From positions 1 through 64,000 of the forward strand of contig OW569360.1 of assembly GCA_937625935.1 (NCBI GenBank): DNA of 64,000 nucleotides, written 5' to 3'. Shown in pieces: positions 43,025 through 55,292 of this stretch. The stretch is from Tetramitus jugosus (taxonomy: Eukaryota; Protista; Heterolobosea). Below the pieces are notes generated by a model. The model made no database searches, was not told the DNA's origin, and saw nothing but the letters and a program-made list of their open reading frames with translations. The stretch's first letter is position 1; each line of letters starts with the position of its first letter. The position numbers and the translations under genes are program-made.

Positions 43025-43714
43025 TTGTTAAAGACCAGATTATTTGTTTGCTTCTGTGGAGATACAAACCATTCAAAAAGCAAAATTTCTCCCTGGACAT
43101 GACAGGGGCAATGAAAGCAGTTCCAAGGAAATTAAGTTCAGTTATCAAGTTCCCCTTGTTCTGCGGATGATTGTAGCGAGTTTGGTATCAATTCTTTCGA
43201 CCAGCATCCTCCAAAAATTCCCAGATAGTCCTTGGAACAACCACCATTCAATAGATTTTGTTCGAATGTTGTGGTTGACCTACCGAAAAAGAGCAGGCTC
43301 ACAAAAGCCTACATTACTGAGGGTTCTCGAGTAGTCTCCTATCTCAATACTAACTCAGCCAGATGGTGCTTAACTTCTCTATTCGAAATGGGAAGAGGTG
43401 GTTCCACCATTGTATGAACGTAGACATCGAATAAGTTAATTGGAGCAACTTCCGCCCTTTCCTTAAGACTTGATTTTAAGTAAGCCCCTAGCCTCAAATC
43501 AACTGTGATATTTCTCTCGACAGACGCTGGAGCTAAAAAGGCAAGTCTAAAAGGATGAAACCACCAGATACTGCCACGTTGGCTCAGTGGAATATCAATT
43601 TTGTTGTGAAGAGATGAGACACTGAGCGGTGCTGAGTGGAATCATGTCTCCCTGTAGTATAGATTAAAGTACCATATCGATCGGTTGAGGAGTATGAAAG
43701 AAACCAAAATTTAT

Positions 43715-44791
43715 CTATGATGTCCCTTTTTCATCTATATTCGGAATTACTGCCTCGTTAGTAGTTCTGCATGTCTCAAATGATGGTGACTTAGGCGTTT
43801 TGGGGGTGAGGGGAGTCTTAAGTTGTCGGGTGATACTTCCTTGTCCTGTTGATTTTAGTTTCTCCACTGAGAGGGATAGCGTTTGAGATAGAGTTGGTGT
43901 TTCTGGATAATAAATCTCAATTGTCTGAACTCCTCGATTCTTCTTCTTCAACTCTGATTGAGCTATAATAGCTTGATCATTGCTCGCTTGGAGGCGACTT
44001 GTTTGTTTTTGGTACAACTCTAAAATTTCAATCTTTTTCATCAGTTTAGATATCCGATCTGTTTTAGCAGCAAGTTCGTTTCTTAAGTCAGCATCGTTGA
44101 CTTCAAGATCTTGAATTCGCTTCTTGTTCATTTGGACCTTACTCTTTAATTGTTGGGTTTCAGCCATTTGTTTCTTACCTGACTCAACCCACTTCCGTAT
44201 TTCATCTTCGAGTTGCGAAATGTGATCTTCATATTTCTATCGGGACTCATTGTTGATTAGTCTTCATCGATCAACGTCGATTGCACAAAACATACACTAC
44301 CTTAATTTGTTTCGAATGAAGTTTCTTAAAGTCATCGGCAAAGGCATGTTGCAACTTTTCATTCACATTCATCAGAAGTTCAATCTCCTTTTTAAGTTCT
44401 TCATTTTTCAACTTGGCCTAAACGAACAAATTTGTTACACACCATACGACATTATTGCAATTCTATAACTGATCAATAAACATACGTCAACTATTTTCGC
44501 GTTTTCTATCCGAGCAATTTGCAATTGATTATCTATCGCAATATTCTTTGATTTCTCAAGTTCAATCTCTTGCTTGTATGTCTCCAGTTGACCAATAATG
44601 ATCTTATGATTCTCTAGTATATGCTTGAAATTGTTTTCCAAGTGATCGTACTTGGCTTGAAGAGTCTTCAATTTACTATTCTTCTGCCGAAGTTCACTCT
44701 GGAGTGACAACAACTCCATTTGTTCTCTTTGTTGTCTCTCATGAATTCTCTGTTGTAGTTGTTGTCCATGCACTTGATTTTGGTGAATCAT
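43715..44791 (-). CDS. Intron-containing coiled-coil protein; exon structure approximate
   Basis: ORFs 44435-44803 and 43715-44167 are Q/E/K heptad-rich and separated by intron-like segments. Confidence 0.55.
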
Positions 44792-44991
44792 GTTGGATAG
44801 CACTTGTTAGTTGCAGTTTTCTTCTAACGAATGATGAAACTATATTTATGATAGCAATTTCGCATCTCTTCCTCTCGAGTTGTACATCCGACTGGATGAA
44901 TTTGGCGGCAAAAGCATATTTGATTGGAAAAAGGTTCTAAGGAATATAAATTTACAATTGAACTGGGTTGGTAAAACACATGTGTGATCAA

Positions 44992-46323
44992 TTATGTCAA
45001 GTCTTCATCATCAAAGATATCTGCCTCTTGATACTGATTTTGGTTATTGTTGTTGGATGGCTCAGCTCCTGTTAAATCGTCATCTGCACCCGTCAAATCC
45101 ACTTCCTTTCTGATTGGAACACCATTCTCATCACAACCGTCATCATCTGATCCATGCTCAGCAACATCATCAAACAATAGTTTTTGCTTGCCCTGAGTAA
45201 GCTGTGTGCTCTTGCTGCTTGCTTGACTTGTTTGACGAGGTTTTCTCACTGTCGAATCACCAGACAGCTTCAAATTCTTTGCAATGCTGTGCACTTGAGG
45301 CTCCAAGAACTTGAGTTGAACGTGCTTCTTTGCCGATTCCAATGACTCTGCAGAAAAATTCTCAAACGCACTCAAAAAATCAGTAGCAATATCGCCTTCA
45401 TCGCTTCTATCATATGCTGGAGTGGTAGCACTGAATTCTCTGTTTGCCTCATCTGCGGCGGCATAATCATCATTTGCCAAGTGTAAAATCACAATGCTCA
45501 CATATGCCTTAAATCTGCACAAAAACAAAAAAAACAGTGTAAGTTTCCATTCATCCCTCTTCGATGTGTCGCTTCAATCGACACAGCAAAAAAAAAACAT
45601 ACATGTTATGAGTCTGCTTCAGTGCAGTGAACACTTCTACAGATAGCTTAAAGTTATCAATAGCCTCCTTAATGTAACCCTGCTTCAACAAGAATGAATT
45701 GTACGATCTCAACGGATCAGCCATCATGTGATACTTTTGTTCATTGTGGAAGATTTCAATCACCTTTTGATAGACACGAATGGCTTGTTGAATCGTTGGT
45801 TCATCCACAAATATGCTCTTATTGTCCTTCAAGTTACTCTCCAGAGCTTTTGCTGCTTTCAACAACACTTCAGAAGCTCTCTCTGGCTTTCCATCTTCCA
45901 AATAGAACCTTGCTGCTTGTTCATACAACTTTGTAGACTCTTCATATCGTTTCTAATATGATTCACACATGTCAATTTCATTCTTAGACAGTGCAGCTCG
46001 CAATTTCAATAATCGCGATCTGTAGCTGACAAACGAAGAAAAAAAAATCAAACACAAACCTCATCTCTTCTCACATTACCAGCACATTCATAGTTCTTTG
46101 CTGCCAAATAAGAAGAATTACTCTTATTGTAACAATCACCAGCAGAGCAATAACATGAAACACTGTCATTGAATTGTTTTCCATTCTTGTATAGAGTGGC
46201 AGCTTTTTCAAACTTTGTGGCTGCTGTGTCATACTCTGGAGACCATCTGAAAAGTGATCTCTTGCTCAGACTATTGGCCTCCTTTACGAGATTTCGTGCT
46301 TCGTCAATTTGCTTTGCGTTCAT
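44992..46323 (-). CDS. NAPG: Gamma-SNAP (NSF attachment protein gamma); exons 46323-46060, 45952-45603, 45514-44992
   Basis: SLFRWSPEYDTAATKFEKAATLYKN, TPR-like helices, acidic C-terminus DDEDLT; the introns restore the frame. Confidence 0.8.
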
Positions 46324-46796
46324 TTTTGTTTGATTGTTGTTTTTTGGGATTCCTTTGTCGGGAATGAATGAATTTCGAGTCTTCGAACTGCCATGTATTT
46401 ACAGTGTTCGGCTTCTGTTTGTACCAAATTTTCGAACTGGGAGAAGGAGAAGATTATAAGAACGGAAAACATTTTGTCAGGTGAAAGACATGTCTTGTAA
46501 AAAAATACTTGCAAAATATTCAAACCTACCCGCATTCTGTTCTTGCACACGACAAACCTGGTGCTGCATGTCTCCACTCAACAACCTGAAAAACAAAACT
46601 ATGAATGAACAGCAACAGTAAAAAACTCAGATCACCCCAAATCTCCACCCACAATATTCGAACCAAACACCAAATTCAAGCACCAATTTGAATCGGAGAT
46701 ACAAAAAAAAAACTACGCATACACACAAACGCAACACAAAAAAAAAGCTCTTCTCTCTCACACAAAAAAAATCAAATCAAAAAAATCAAATCAACA

Positions 46797-48272
46797 ATGA
46801 GCGAAACAACAAACGAATTTCCACCACTATACGAAGAGGGCCACGGTCTCTCTATTCAAGATCTATCGACTCTAGATGTCGACAAGCTTCATCCTCTCTC
46901 ACCAGAGGTCATTTCTCGTCAAGCAACCATCAACATTGGTACCATTGGTCACGTAGCTCACGGTAAGAGTACTGTTGTGAGAGCGATCTCTGGTGTCAAG
47001 ACTATTCGTTTCAAGACTGAGATGGTTCACAACATTACCATCAAACTTGGTTATGCTAATGCAAAGATTTACAAGTGCAATACGTTGCCTAGACCAGCAT
47101 GCTACACTGCCCGTGGTTCTTCCACACCTGACAAGTTTTATGTCGATTGGAAGGAAATGCTCGCTACAAAGGAATTGGCCAATGTAGACAAGAAGGAAAA
47201 GCACGTGTTTGAATTGGTTAGACACATTTCTTTTGTCGATTGCCCGGGACATGATATTCTTATGGCTACCATGTTGAACGGTGCTGCAGTCATGGATGCT
47301 GCACTCTTGTTGATTGCAGGAAATGAGTCGTGTCCACAGCCTCAAACAAGTGAGCATTTGGCTGCTGTTGAAATTATGAAACTCAAGGACATTATCATTT
47401 TGCAAAACAAGATTGATCTTGTCAAGCCAAGTGATGCCAAGAATCAACATGGTGAAATCAAGGCATTTATTAAGGGAACTGTTGCTGATGGATGCCCTAT
47501 TGTGCCCATCTCTGCTCAGTTAAAGTACAATATCGATGTTGTGTGCGAGTACATTTCCACAAAGGTTCCTATTCCTATTCGTGACTTCCACAGCTCTCCT
47601 AGACTCATTGTCATTCGTTCCTTTGATGTGAACAAGCCTGGTGAGACCGTAGATGACCTCAAGGGAGGTGTTGCCGGTGGTTCCATCATCAAGGGCGTGT
47701 TGAAGATTGGTCAAGAGATTGAAGTGAGGCCCGGTGTGGTCAGCAAGGACACTGATGGCAGTATCAAGTGCAATCCAATTCTCTCTGAAATTGTTTCATT
47801 GTTTGCTGAGGAGAATGAGTTGCAATATGCTGTTCCTGGAGGTTTGATTGGTGTCGGTACAAAGATTGATCCTACATTGACCCGTGCTGATCGTCTCGTT
47901 GGTCAAGTGTTGGGAGAAGTTGGTCACTTGCCAGGCATTTACACCGAATTGGAAATTTCATACTTTTTGTTGAGAAGATTGCTCGGTGTCAAGGAGGCAA
48001 AGGGCAAGGAAGGCAAGACTGTCGGTAAGGTCAGCAAGTTGACTCGTGGTGAAGTTCTCATGGTCAACATTGGTTCTACCAGCACTGGTGCCAAGATTGT
48101 TGCTGTGAAGGCTGATTTGGCCAAGTTGATCTTGACCAGTCCTGTCTGTACTGAAATTGGCGAGAAGCTTGCATTGAGCAGAAGAGTTGATAAGCATTGG
48201 CGTTTGATTGGCTGGGCTCAATTGAGAAAGGGAAAGACCTTGGAACCAAGCACCAGCTCGAAAGCAAACTAA
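46797..48272 (+). CDS. EIF2S3: Translation initiation factor eIF2 gamma subunit
   Basis: [64 protein letters not shown]. Confidence 0.97.
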   Translation: MSETTNEFPPLYEEGHGLSIQDLSTLDVDKLHPLSPEVISRQATINIGTIGHVAHGKSTVVRAISGVKTIRFKTEMVHNITIKLGYANAKIYKCNTLPRPACYTARGSSTPDKFYVDWKEMLATKELANVDKKEKHVFELVRHISFVDCPGHDILMATMLNGAAVMDAALLLIAGNESCPQPQTSEHLAAVEIMKLKDIIILQNKIDLVKPSDAKNQHGEIKAFIKGTVADGCPIVPISAQLKYNIDVVCEYISTKVPIPIRDFHSSPRLIVIRSFDVNKPGETVDDLKGGVAGGSIIKGVLKIGQEIEVRPGVVSKDTDGSIKCNPILSEIVSLFAEENELQYAVPGGLIGVGTKIDPTLTRADRLVGQVLGEVGHLPGIYTELEISYFLLRRLLGVKEAKGKEGKTVGKVSKLTRGEVLMVNIGSTSTGAKIVAVKADLAKLILTSPVCTEIGEKLALSRRVDKHWRLIGWAQLRKGKTLEPSTSSKAN

Positions 48273-48365
48273 ATTTTTAGGAGGATTGACTCAAACAACA
48301 AAGAACAAATACCAACAACAAAGAATAGGTTGAAAATACAATCAATAAATATGCACAACATTATT

Positions 48366-49934
48366 TTACAAGTTTGACTTTGCTTTCTGGACCAGATCCA
48401 GTATCTCATCCGCGTTCGGTCTTTCCTCTGGGTCCAATGCCAAGCACTTGACGACAATGTTATTCAATTGTTCCGAATAACCTCGATCTGTCAGTGTCTT
48501 GGCCAGGTCCTTGTAAAAGTTTTTGTTTCGATAGACTTCAAAATAGGGCACACCCTTCACATCGAGGCACAGAATCTCATAAAAGCACACACCAAGAGAC
48601 CAGATGTCAGTCTTGAGTGTGCATTGGCCGTTATCCATAAAGCATTCTGGACTCATATACTTTTGAGTGCCAGCAATGTTCGTTGAGAGATTCTCCAAAT
48701 TCCTGGCCAATCCAAAGTCACCAATCTTCAAAACAGCTCCTTGCACAAATATGTTCATTGGTTTCAAATCTCTGTGCACCAGATTCTGTTTGTGAATATG
48801 ACTCAGACCAGATGCCAATTGCTCAAAAATGTGCAATGCTTCCTGTTCCTTGTAGTACAGCATATTATTTGACTTTCGATGCTGTAAATGCTTGTACAAA
48901 TCACCATCAGTAAACAGCTCCAGCACAAAGCATATGGTAAACTGATCGCCAGTCTGCTCAAAGTACACATCATCCAGCAGTGCAATATTGGGATGACCAG
49001 AAAGACCTCTGATTGGACAAAGTTCCTTAATTGCAATATTCATGTCAGCAATGGACAGACATTGAACCTTCTTGATTGCAACGAGCTTATTATTGTGCTT
49101 TACATCTCTGGCCTTGTACACAACACCCATTCCTCCCTTGCCAATTTGCTCCAACAGAACAAATTGCTCCTTTTGAGTGCTTGTGGGTGAAGGCGGTGGA
49201 ACACCACCTGATGATAAAGCAGCCAATGAGGAGGACGAAGAGGACAAAGATGAGGAAAAGGAAGGGAACGAGTTCACTCCCGCACCAGGCGAGTTGGGGA
49301 AGGGAGAGAATGGCACTGGAGAAGCTTCACTCAATGAACTCATCGATGAAGATGAATTACTATCCACGAGGAATGTATCTAGAGCTGAGATATTGGTTAA
49401 TTCGTCATTCTTCGCACTGAGAGTGGCAGGAACATTATTATTCGTCGTGGGAATAATATTGTTATTCTGTTGAGGAGCTTGATGCTGCACTTGGTGAGTC
49501 GCTGCCGCAACAAAGCTCCTCGACGACAGTAGTGAAGCTTCATCCCCTCCGTCTTGCTGCTGTGTTGGCGCGAGAACATTATCGGGTTGAGGTGTTGGCG
49601 CTCTTTCGGTCGTAGTGAACTGGGAATAAATGGACGGTTGGCGCGAACTCAATAAATGCATCTTCTCTCTCCGATTCCACTTTGCGAGTTGTCGAATCGT
49701 GGGCTCAAAGAACACTGTGAGATCAGCAAATCCCTTGATATTGACATAAAAGATGGAAATGTCGGCAGTATGAGGATTGTTATCAAAAAACCAAATGGCA
49801 TCCTGATTTGCTGCATGTGGTTGAGGCAGATGAAAGTTCTCAACATAAACAACAATGTCAGCAAAAGAGCGTATGGGTTCTCGAAATACCTTGACGCAGT
49901 TGTGTGTCTGGAAGTTTGAGATGTATACTCTCAT
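48366..49934 (-). CDS. NEK-like Ser/Thr kinase with an N-terminal DUF6150-like repeat domain
   Basis: GKGGMG, VAIKK, HRDLKPMN, KIGDFG, GTQKYMSPE, DIWSLG; N-terminus ADIVVYV..WFF..ADISIFYV..ADLTVFF..W..EKMHLL. Confidence 0.85.
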   Translation of the reverse strand: MRVYISNFQTHNCVKVFREPIRSFADIVVYVENFHLPQPHAANQDAIWFFDNNPHTADISIFYVNIKGFADLTVFFEPTIRQLAKWNRREKMHLLSSRQPSIYSQFTTTERAPTPQPDNVLAPTQQQDGGDEASLLSSRSFVAAATHQVQHQAPQQNNNIIPTTNNNVPATLSAKNDELTNISALDTFLVDSNSSSSMSSLSEASPVPFSPFPNSPGAGVNSFPSFSSSLSSSSSSLAALSSGGVPPPSPTSTQKEQFVLLEQIGKGGMGVVYKARDVKHNNKLVAIKKVQCLSIADMNIAIKELCPIRGLSGHPNIALLDDVYFEQTGDQFTICFVLELFTDGDLYKHLQHRKSNNMLYYKEQEALHIFEQLASGLSHIHKQNLVHRDLKPMNIFVQGAVLKIGDFGLARNLENLSTNIAGTQKYMSPECFMDNGQCTLKTDIWSLGVCFYEILCLDVKGVPYFEVYRNKNFYKDLAKTLTDRGYSEQLNNIVVKCLALDPEERPNADEILDLVQKAKSNL

Positions 49935-50101
49935 GATTTTTGTTTTTTGTTGTTCTTGTGCGATATCTCTTGTGTGAGCAACTGTGTTGGTTTATTCAAG
50001 TAAAAAAGGGAGTTTGTTTGTTGTTGGTTTGACAGGTCAGAAAATGTTTGTGACATCAAATTGGATAAAGAACCCAAGATTCCATTGCTGCCGTGAAGCA
50101 C

Positions 50102-51163
50102 TCAGGCCGAGGAGGAAATTGGAGCGTCGGAATTAGGAAGAACAGTAGTTCCGTTGCTGCCGAACTGTAATACGGTGATATCGCTGGGTTCGAAATCTTT
50201 TGTTGAAAGGCTTATAGTCTTTGCCTCTGGGACAGCAGGGATACAGCAGAATGCAACAAAAGCTTCAACAAGGGCGATAGCGAGGCAGAGGATACCAGAG
50301 AAAACTCCAACCGAGAGTACCATGTACATGAAGTACGTGAGATCTGTCATTAAGGTCGATGCTACGGTGGCACAGTTGAACTTTGGAACATAGAGCATCA
50401 AGAGTGTCACTGCTAGAAAAATAACAACTAGACTTAGGAACACTGCTCGTAAGGCGAAAAATATTCTCGATATGGCAGTCAACGCCAGCTTTGTTGTGGA
50501 TCTCTTCAGATCTGCTGATGGTTGTTTCATGCTCGAAGAGAGTCCACAAGTGCAATACTTTCGGATGAGACTGATCGTTCTCGATACGACAAGAACTCCT
50601 CCAGTGATACTGGCCATTACTAAGCAAATAGAAGACGCAAGAGCAAGCCTAACGAGGGTTGATGGATGACAACCCAAGATTACACCTTTGGCATATCGTT
50701 CCCGATGATACACGAAGAGTCCAATCCCGACTATCGCTACCAATATTTCCAAAATACAGGATAAGATAGTAAGGGCAATATAACTGATTCCAATCAGTGC
50801 CTTAACAAGCCTAAAGAGCTTCCACTTTCTTCTGTACCATCTCACATCCCCGGGTTTGTATTCAGAGTAGGATATGACGGGAGAATCAGTAGTTTTATGG
50901 AGTTCTCTCGTGTCGTCCGACAAATCTGAAAGAGGAGATACTAGATGTTCTGCCCCTCCCTTTTCTGGAGTTAACCCATTTTCTTCCCTCGCATAATGAG
51001 AAGAGATGTTGGGATTGGGCAGATGAATGAGATCTTGGTAGTCCCTTGAGCGAGGCGAGTCAAGAGGGCAGTCAGGAGCAACTATAATAAGTGGATTGCC
51101 GTTGGGATTATCTATTGGAGAACTATCCGATGGATTGAAGCCTTCTTGTTGTTGATGGGTCAT
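50102..51163 (-). CDS. Four-TM membrane protein
   Basis: Four long hydrophobic segments after a disordered N-terminus. Confidence 0.75.
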   Translation of the reverse strand: MTHQQQEGFNPSDSSPIDNPNGNPLIIVAPDCPLDSPRSRDYQDLIHLPNPNISSHYAREENGLTPEKGGAEHLVSPLSDLSDDTRELHKTTDSPVISYSEYKPGDVRWYRRKWKLFRLVKALIGISYIALTILSCILEILVAIVGIGLFVYHRERYAKGVILGCHPSTLVRLALASSICLVMASITGGVLVVSRTISLIRKYCTCGLSSSMKQPSADLKRSTTKLALTAISRIFFALRAVFLSLVVIFLAVTLLMLYVPKFNCATVASTLMTDLTYFMYMVLSVGVFSGILCLAIALVEAFVAFCCIPAVPEAKTISLSTKDFEPSDITVLQFGSNGTTVLPNSDAPISSSA

Positions 51164-51544
51164 ATCTTGGTATGATTAGGTGATATCTATTTGTTTGAAT
51201 GTGATGGAGAAGGAATACCTCGGTCATAGTGATATTTGGTTTCTTATGAGAGCTCCGTGTTGCTGAAAAAGAAGCCTTTGGAAATGCTCAAAATATACAT
51301 GGCTCAGGTTCGTCGATACGTGTATACTTTTCCTCCCCAAAATTCACCTCCGTTTTTCGGATCTCCTTGAAAAAAATACCATCTCAGCAATCACAGGGGA
51401 TTTTTTTCGTCTTTCATTCCTACCGGGAGGTTCTATCTCACCAATTGTATGCGACGAATACAAAGGAAGGGAATACTGTAGATTAAAGTTTTTCCCTCGA
51501 CCAGTCGAGGAGTTTAGGTGTATGGAAAATCCCTGAGCCAATCT

Positions 51545-52501
51545 TTATTGAGGGGCTTGCAAGATTTGCGCCAAAAACATTTGAAAGTCTATGGGCAATG
51601 CGATCACTTGCTTGTTTGTCTTCAAATCAACACCAACATAGTATGATTTTTCAACATTAGCATTCCACATGGCCACATAATACATGTTATTGACAGTGTC
51701 AATCGCTGATGAGTACAGCTCTTCGATTCCAGGCTGCAATGGCACCAAAGCTCTCACCTTCTCAGTCTTTAGGTTCACTTCGAAAAGTGTGCTATTGTCC
51801 ACACCGAGAACACGATCCTGAATAGGATCATACACCAATTGATCAATCACATCAGGAAGATCCATGACACGAGATGCCTTTGTCAAAACATTGATCTCCA
51901 ACAGCTTGTACTTGTTGTTTTCAGCGCTCACAACAGCATAAATACGATGATTCGTCTCATCATATGTCGTCGCACCCAATATCACACCAAACGAGTCATC
52001 AAACTTTGTAATCATTTGAAATTCACCAGTCTTCATATTGAACTCACCAACCATGTTATCCACAGTTTGAACAATGGCAAACATTCTGTTCAAATTGTTA
52101 TCATAGGCAATCGATGTTGGATTGTACTGGATGGAAAAGGTCAACTTTGGCAAGAACGAGTCCGCATCAATCAACTGAAACGTATAACCATCGCACAAAA
52201 TGTACAATCTTTCCTTTGTGTTCAACGCTGAGGCAGCATAATTGAAAACACTCCAATTTCTCTTTTGAGTCACCTTTCCGGAAGCAGAATCCATGATGAT
52301 AATGGAATTGTTGTTTCCTTGGTCGAGATCATATGTCAAGAACACAATGTTCATTCGTTGTTGGGCATTCTCATCATCATGATGATTCAACGAGTTTAGA
52401 GTAAAAATCTTGTTGTTCAGTGCCTCTGACTTGGCATGGATTGAAAACAAGACGAATAGCAGTAGGAGGGCACAAAGAGGCAGTACAGTTGTGAATCTCA
52501 T
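51545..52501 (-). CDS. Secreted beta-propeller-like protein
   Basis: Signal peptide; repeated YD..NxRxYA / xDLKT blade-like motifs. Confidence 0.7.
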   Translation of the reverse strand: MRFTTVLPLCALLLLFVLFSIHAKSEALNNKIFTLNSLNHHDDENAQQRMNIVFLTYDLDQGNNNSIIIMDSASGKVTQKRNWSVFNYAASALNTKERLYILCDGYTFQLIDADSFLPKLTFSIQYNPTSIAYDNNLNRMFAIVQTVDNMVGEFNMKTGEFQMITKFDDSFGVILGATTYDETNHRIYAVVSAENNKYKLLEINVLTKASRVMDLPDVIDQLVYDPIQDRVLGVDNSTLFEVNLKTEKVRALVPLQPGIEELYSSAIDTVNNMYYVAMWNANVEKSYYVGVDLKTNKQVIALPIDFQMFLAQILQAPQ

Positions 52502-52850
52502 TTTTGTAAATGTTGTTTTGTGTGTGTAAGTTATTGGTGGTTAGAAGGCGAGAAAATTGAAGTTGACAACTTGTGCGTTATCGCCTGTTTCCCAAAAAGA
52601 GTTTTGGTTCACTCGCCATCCTCTACAGGAAAAAATCGCGATATTCTTGCATGGTTGGAATTTTGGTAAGAGTCACTAGGTCAGTGCACGAATACAATTG
52701 GTGATGAAATTCTATGATCGATTTTTGATTGTCCAATAATCTAATTCGACTTGATTAGCTAGGATAAAAGGTAAGTGGATTCTAAGGCATTGAATGCAAA
52801 CTCAAACCAATACAAACAAACTAATCTAGCCAATCCTATAGCACATCAAA

Positions 52851-53333
52851 ATGAAAGTCTTTACCCTAATTGCTAGTACCTTTTTCATCTGTCTCATATT
52901 GAATGCTTTGAGAGTTCAAGCCACACCAGTTGGTACTTGTCAGCAGAAAGTGGAAATCTGTGCGGCGCAACCTAACTCTCCCTTCTGTTGCCGATGGAAT
53001 CCACCTACAGTGAATGGAACTTCAACTACTGAAGAACAATGTTACAGTACTTCTCTGTATTCTTGCATTGCTGATATGTCAACTAGTGATGCATGCTTGT
53101 GTCCTGCTGGTCTTCTGTGCTGCAATAAGGGCTGCTACGATCCAACCATTCAAACTTGCACAGTCAATAGAGAACCATCCTTGGGAGCTCCTCCTCGTCA
53201 ACTCTGCCCTGTTATTGCTCCTTTGTCTTGTGATGGTGCTTGCTACTCATTCCCACAATTCCGCTGCTGCCCAGGTGCTCCAGGTCAAGGAGGTTTCTTA
53301 ACATCTGCATCCTCCTGTCCTGTTCAAGTCTAG
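52851..53333 (+). CDS. Secreted Cys-rich protein with CBM52-like repeats
   Basis: Signal peptide; CYSTSLYSC, CNKGCYDPTIQTC, CDGACYSFPQFRCC. Confidence 0.65.
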   Translation: MKVFTLIASTFFICLILNALRVQATPVGTCQQKVEICAAQPNSPFCCRWNPPTVNGTSTTEEQCYSTSLYSCIADMSTSDACLCPAGLLCCNKGCYDPTIQTCTVNREPSLGAPPRQLCPVIAPLSCDGACYSFPQFRCCPGAPGQGGFLTSASSCPVQV

Positions 53334-53713
53334 GGTGTAGGCATGAGTGAGGTGATGATGATAATTCTTACGAACAGTATTGTACATAGTTTCCAAGGGT
53401 TCGAATTTCAATCAAAGAATCATATTGAGAATTAGGATCGTATGATCATAATAAACAAACAAATATATAACACAAGTATTGATGTAAGTATCTCGCGACC
53501 ACGAATTGGAAGCAGTTCCTTTCGGACTTTCCGATAAAATGTATTCGTAACAATTATAAATCAATTATTTCCCTGAAATAGAATTTCCTTGACCGTGTGA
53601 ATCGTTTTATGTGATGGAAGGAGCAAACCCTTGGCAGAACCATTCCGAAAAGAATACAAAAAACTCGAGTCACCAACTCCATCATTAATAGTAACACAAC
53701 CTAAATTCAAACT

Positions 53714-54418
53714 ATGGTAATTGTCGCACTGGGAATCGCCACCGTAGCAGCCGCTAGTGCTTCAGCTGTCGTCGGCAGGAGAAGAAGAAAGAGAACTACA
53801 GTAATTTATCAACCAATAGAAGATGTAGCTCATCACACAAGTACCAAGACAACCACTTCGTCAACAAATGCTATCCAACCCAAACCCCAAAACTATGAAG
53901 AAACAACCACTACGACTACAACAACTTACTCTGACCAACATCCAACAGCACCTCCACTACATCACCCAGCATACGCAGGTTATGGACATCCACCTCCACC
54001 TCCACCTCATGCCTATCAATCACTGATGCCACCACCACCTCCTCATTCACAACAGTATGGTCATCCTGGTTACTATCAACACTCTCCGCACCCATCTCAT
54101 CAATACAACTCGCCTTATCCTCCTTCGCCTCATCATGGTGCTCCACCACCTCCTCCATTGTCTCAGTATCCTTACCCTCCGCCAAACGACCCTCACATGT
54201 ACAGTGGTCAGTATCCTTATCCACCTCCACAACAAAAGTCAATGTACCCTCAATTGCCACCACCTCCATTGACCTCTGGTTCATCCATCTCTAATCATCA
54301 TAAGCGACAAGACGCTCATCACGTTCATCATCATTACACCAAGCCAACTCAACAGCAGAGGCCATCTCAATCGTCCTCTGCTATTCCCTATCCAGAGTAT
54401 GATGAGGGTGATGAATAA
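53714..54418 (+). CDS. Pro/His/Tyr-rich low-complexity protein with an N-terminal hydrophobic anchor
   Basis: MVIVALGIATVAAASASAVVGRRRRKR followed by PPPP/YPYPPP repeats. Confidence 0.7.
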   Translation: MVIVALGIATVAAASASAVVGRRRRKRTTVIYQPIEDVAHHTSTKTTTSSTNAIQPKPQNYEETTTTTTTTYSDQHPTAPPLHHPAYAGYGHPPPPPPHAYQSLMPPPPPHSQQYGHPGYYQHSPHPSHQYNSPYPPSPHHGAPPPPPLSQYPYPPPNDPHMYSGQYPYPPPQQKSMYPQLPPPPLTSGSSISNHHKRQDAHHVHHHYTKPTQQQRPSQSSSAIPYPEYDEGDE

Positions 54419-54637
54419 TCGATGAGGAAGCTTTGGGGAAAATTGTATGATATCGAATAAACCATTTTCTTTGTAAACGCAAGAGTTCTTTGTTTTCACA
54501 TGCCACGAACTCGGTCAACTTGCTCCCTCCTATTTTTAGTTGACCAACACTCGAAAAAGAGATGTGGTAAGTATCACACTTGTTCACTAGTATTCTGACA
54601 AGAAACGCGCAAAGAACATTGATAGGAGAGCAACACA

Positions 54638-54829
54638 ATGGATCATAATATACCAACGATTGTCATTGACAAAGCTTCTAGGAAGAGAAGAAGATTCTCA
54701 CTTAAACGAGATCTGCCCAGCATAATTACAGCGTCCAACAACAACAACAACATAGAACCTGAACCGGAGGATAATCGTCGATTTTGGGATTCGGTTCGTC
54801 CAGTGGCTTCCCGAACAGAAAACATGTAA
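54638..54829 (+). CDS. 63-aa microprotein candidate
   Basis: CAACACA-ATG context, stop followed directly by AATAAA, poly-N tract typical of host proteins. Confidence 0.5.
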   Translation: MDHNIPTIVIDKASRKRRRFSLKRDLPSIITASNNNNNIEPEPEDNRRFWDSVRPVASRTENM

Positions 54830-55292
54830 ATAAAAGCAATATAATAGAGACAATTTGGTGTGGAAACTTCCCATGACATTCAAAACTGTTTATGGAGTAA
54901 CTACGACATGCGACTTTTTGGGTTAGCTAACCGACCCGAACACACGAAATTGAAACTCCGCGGTCTTATCATGGTCAGATTTTTTTATTCTACCTTTGTC
55001 GCCGATAGATAGATTGAACCCCACACACCAATAGCAACAACAAGAAACAAGGAAGGTCATTCTTTTCCACACTCTTCTTTATCTTGTCAGAAATCGATTC
55101 TTGAATTGATTGCTCGAGCAGAACGCCTTCCATTCTTCTCCACAATTCTTCACACCCACGATCTTTTGTGCAGAAAAAGCTAAAAAAGCACCCAAAAAAA
55201 CAAAATCGCGCATAGCATAACGAGAGACGTCGCAACAACAGTGACCCGCATACGCCATTCGTCGATATTGACTAAGCATAGAAAAAAAAATC

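Noticed and set aside
53874-53891. CCAACCCAAACCCCAAAA telomere-like tract
   Set aside because: Lies in Gln-Pro-Lys-Pro-Gln codons of a Pro-rich gene with no flanking structure seen; it also shows such tracts can arise by chance, a caveat for 3428
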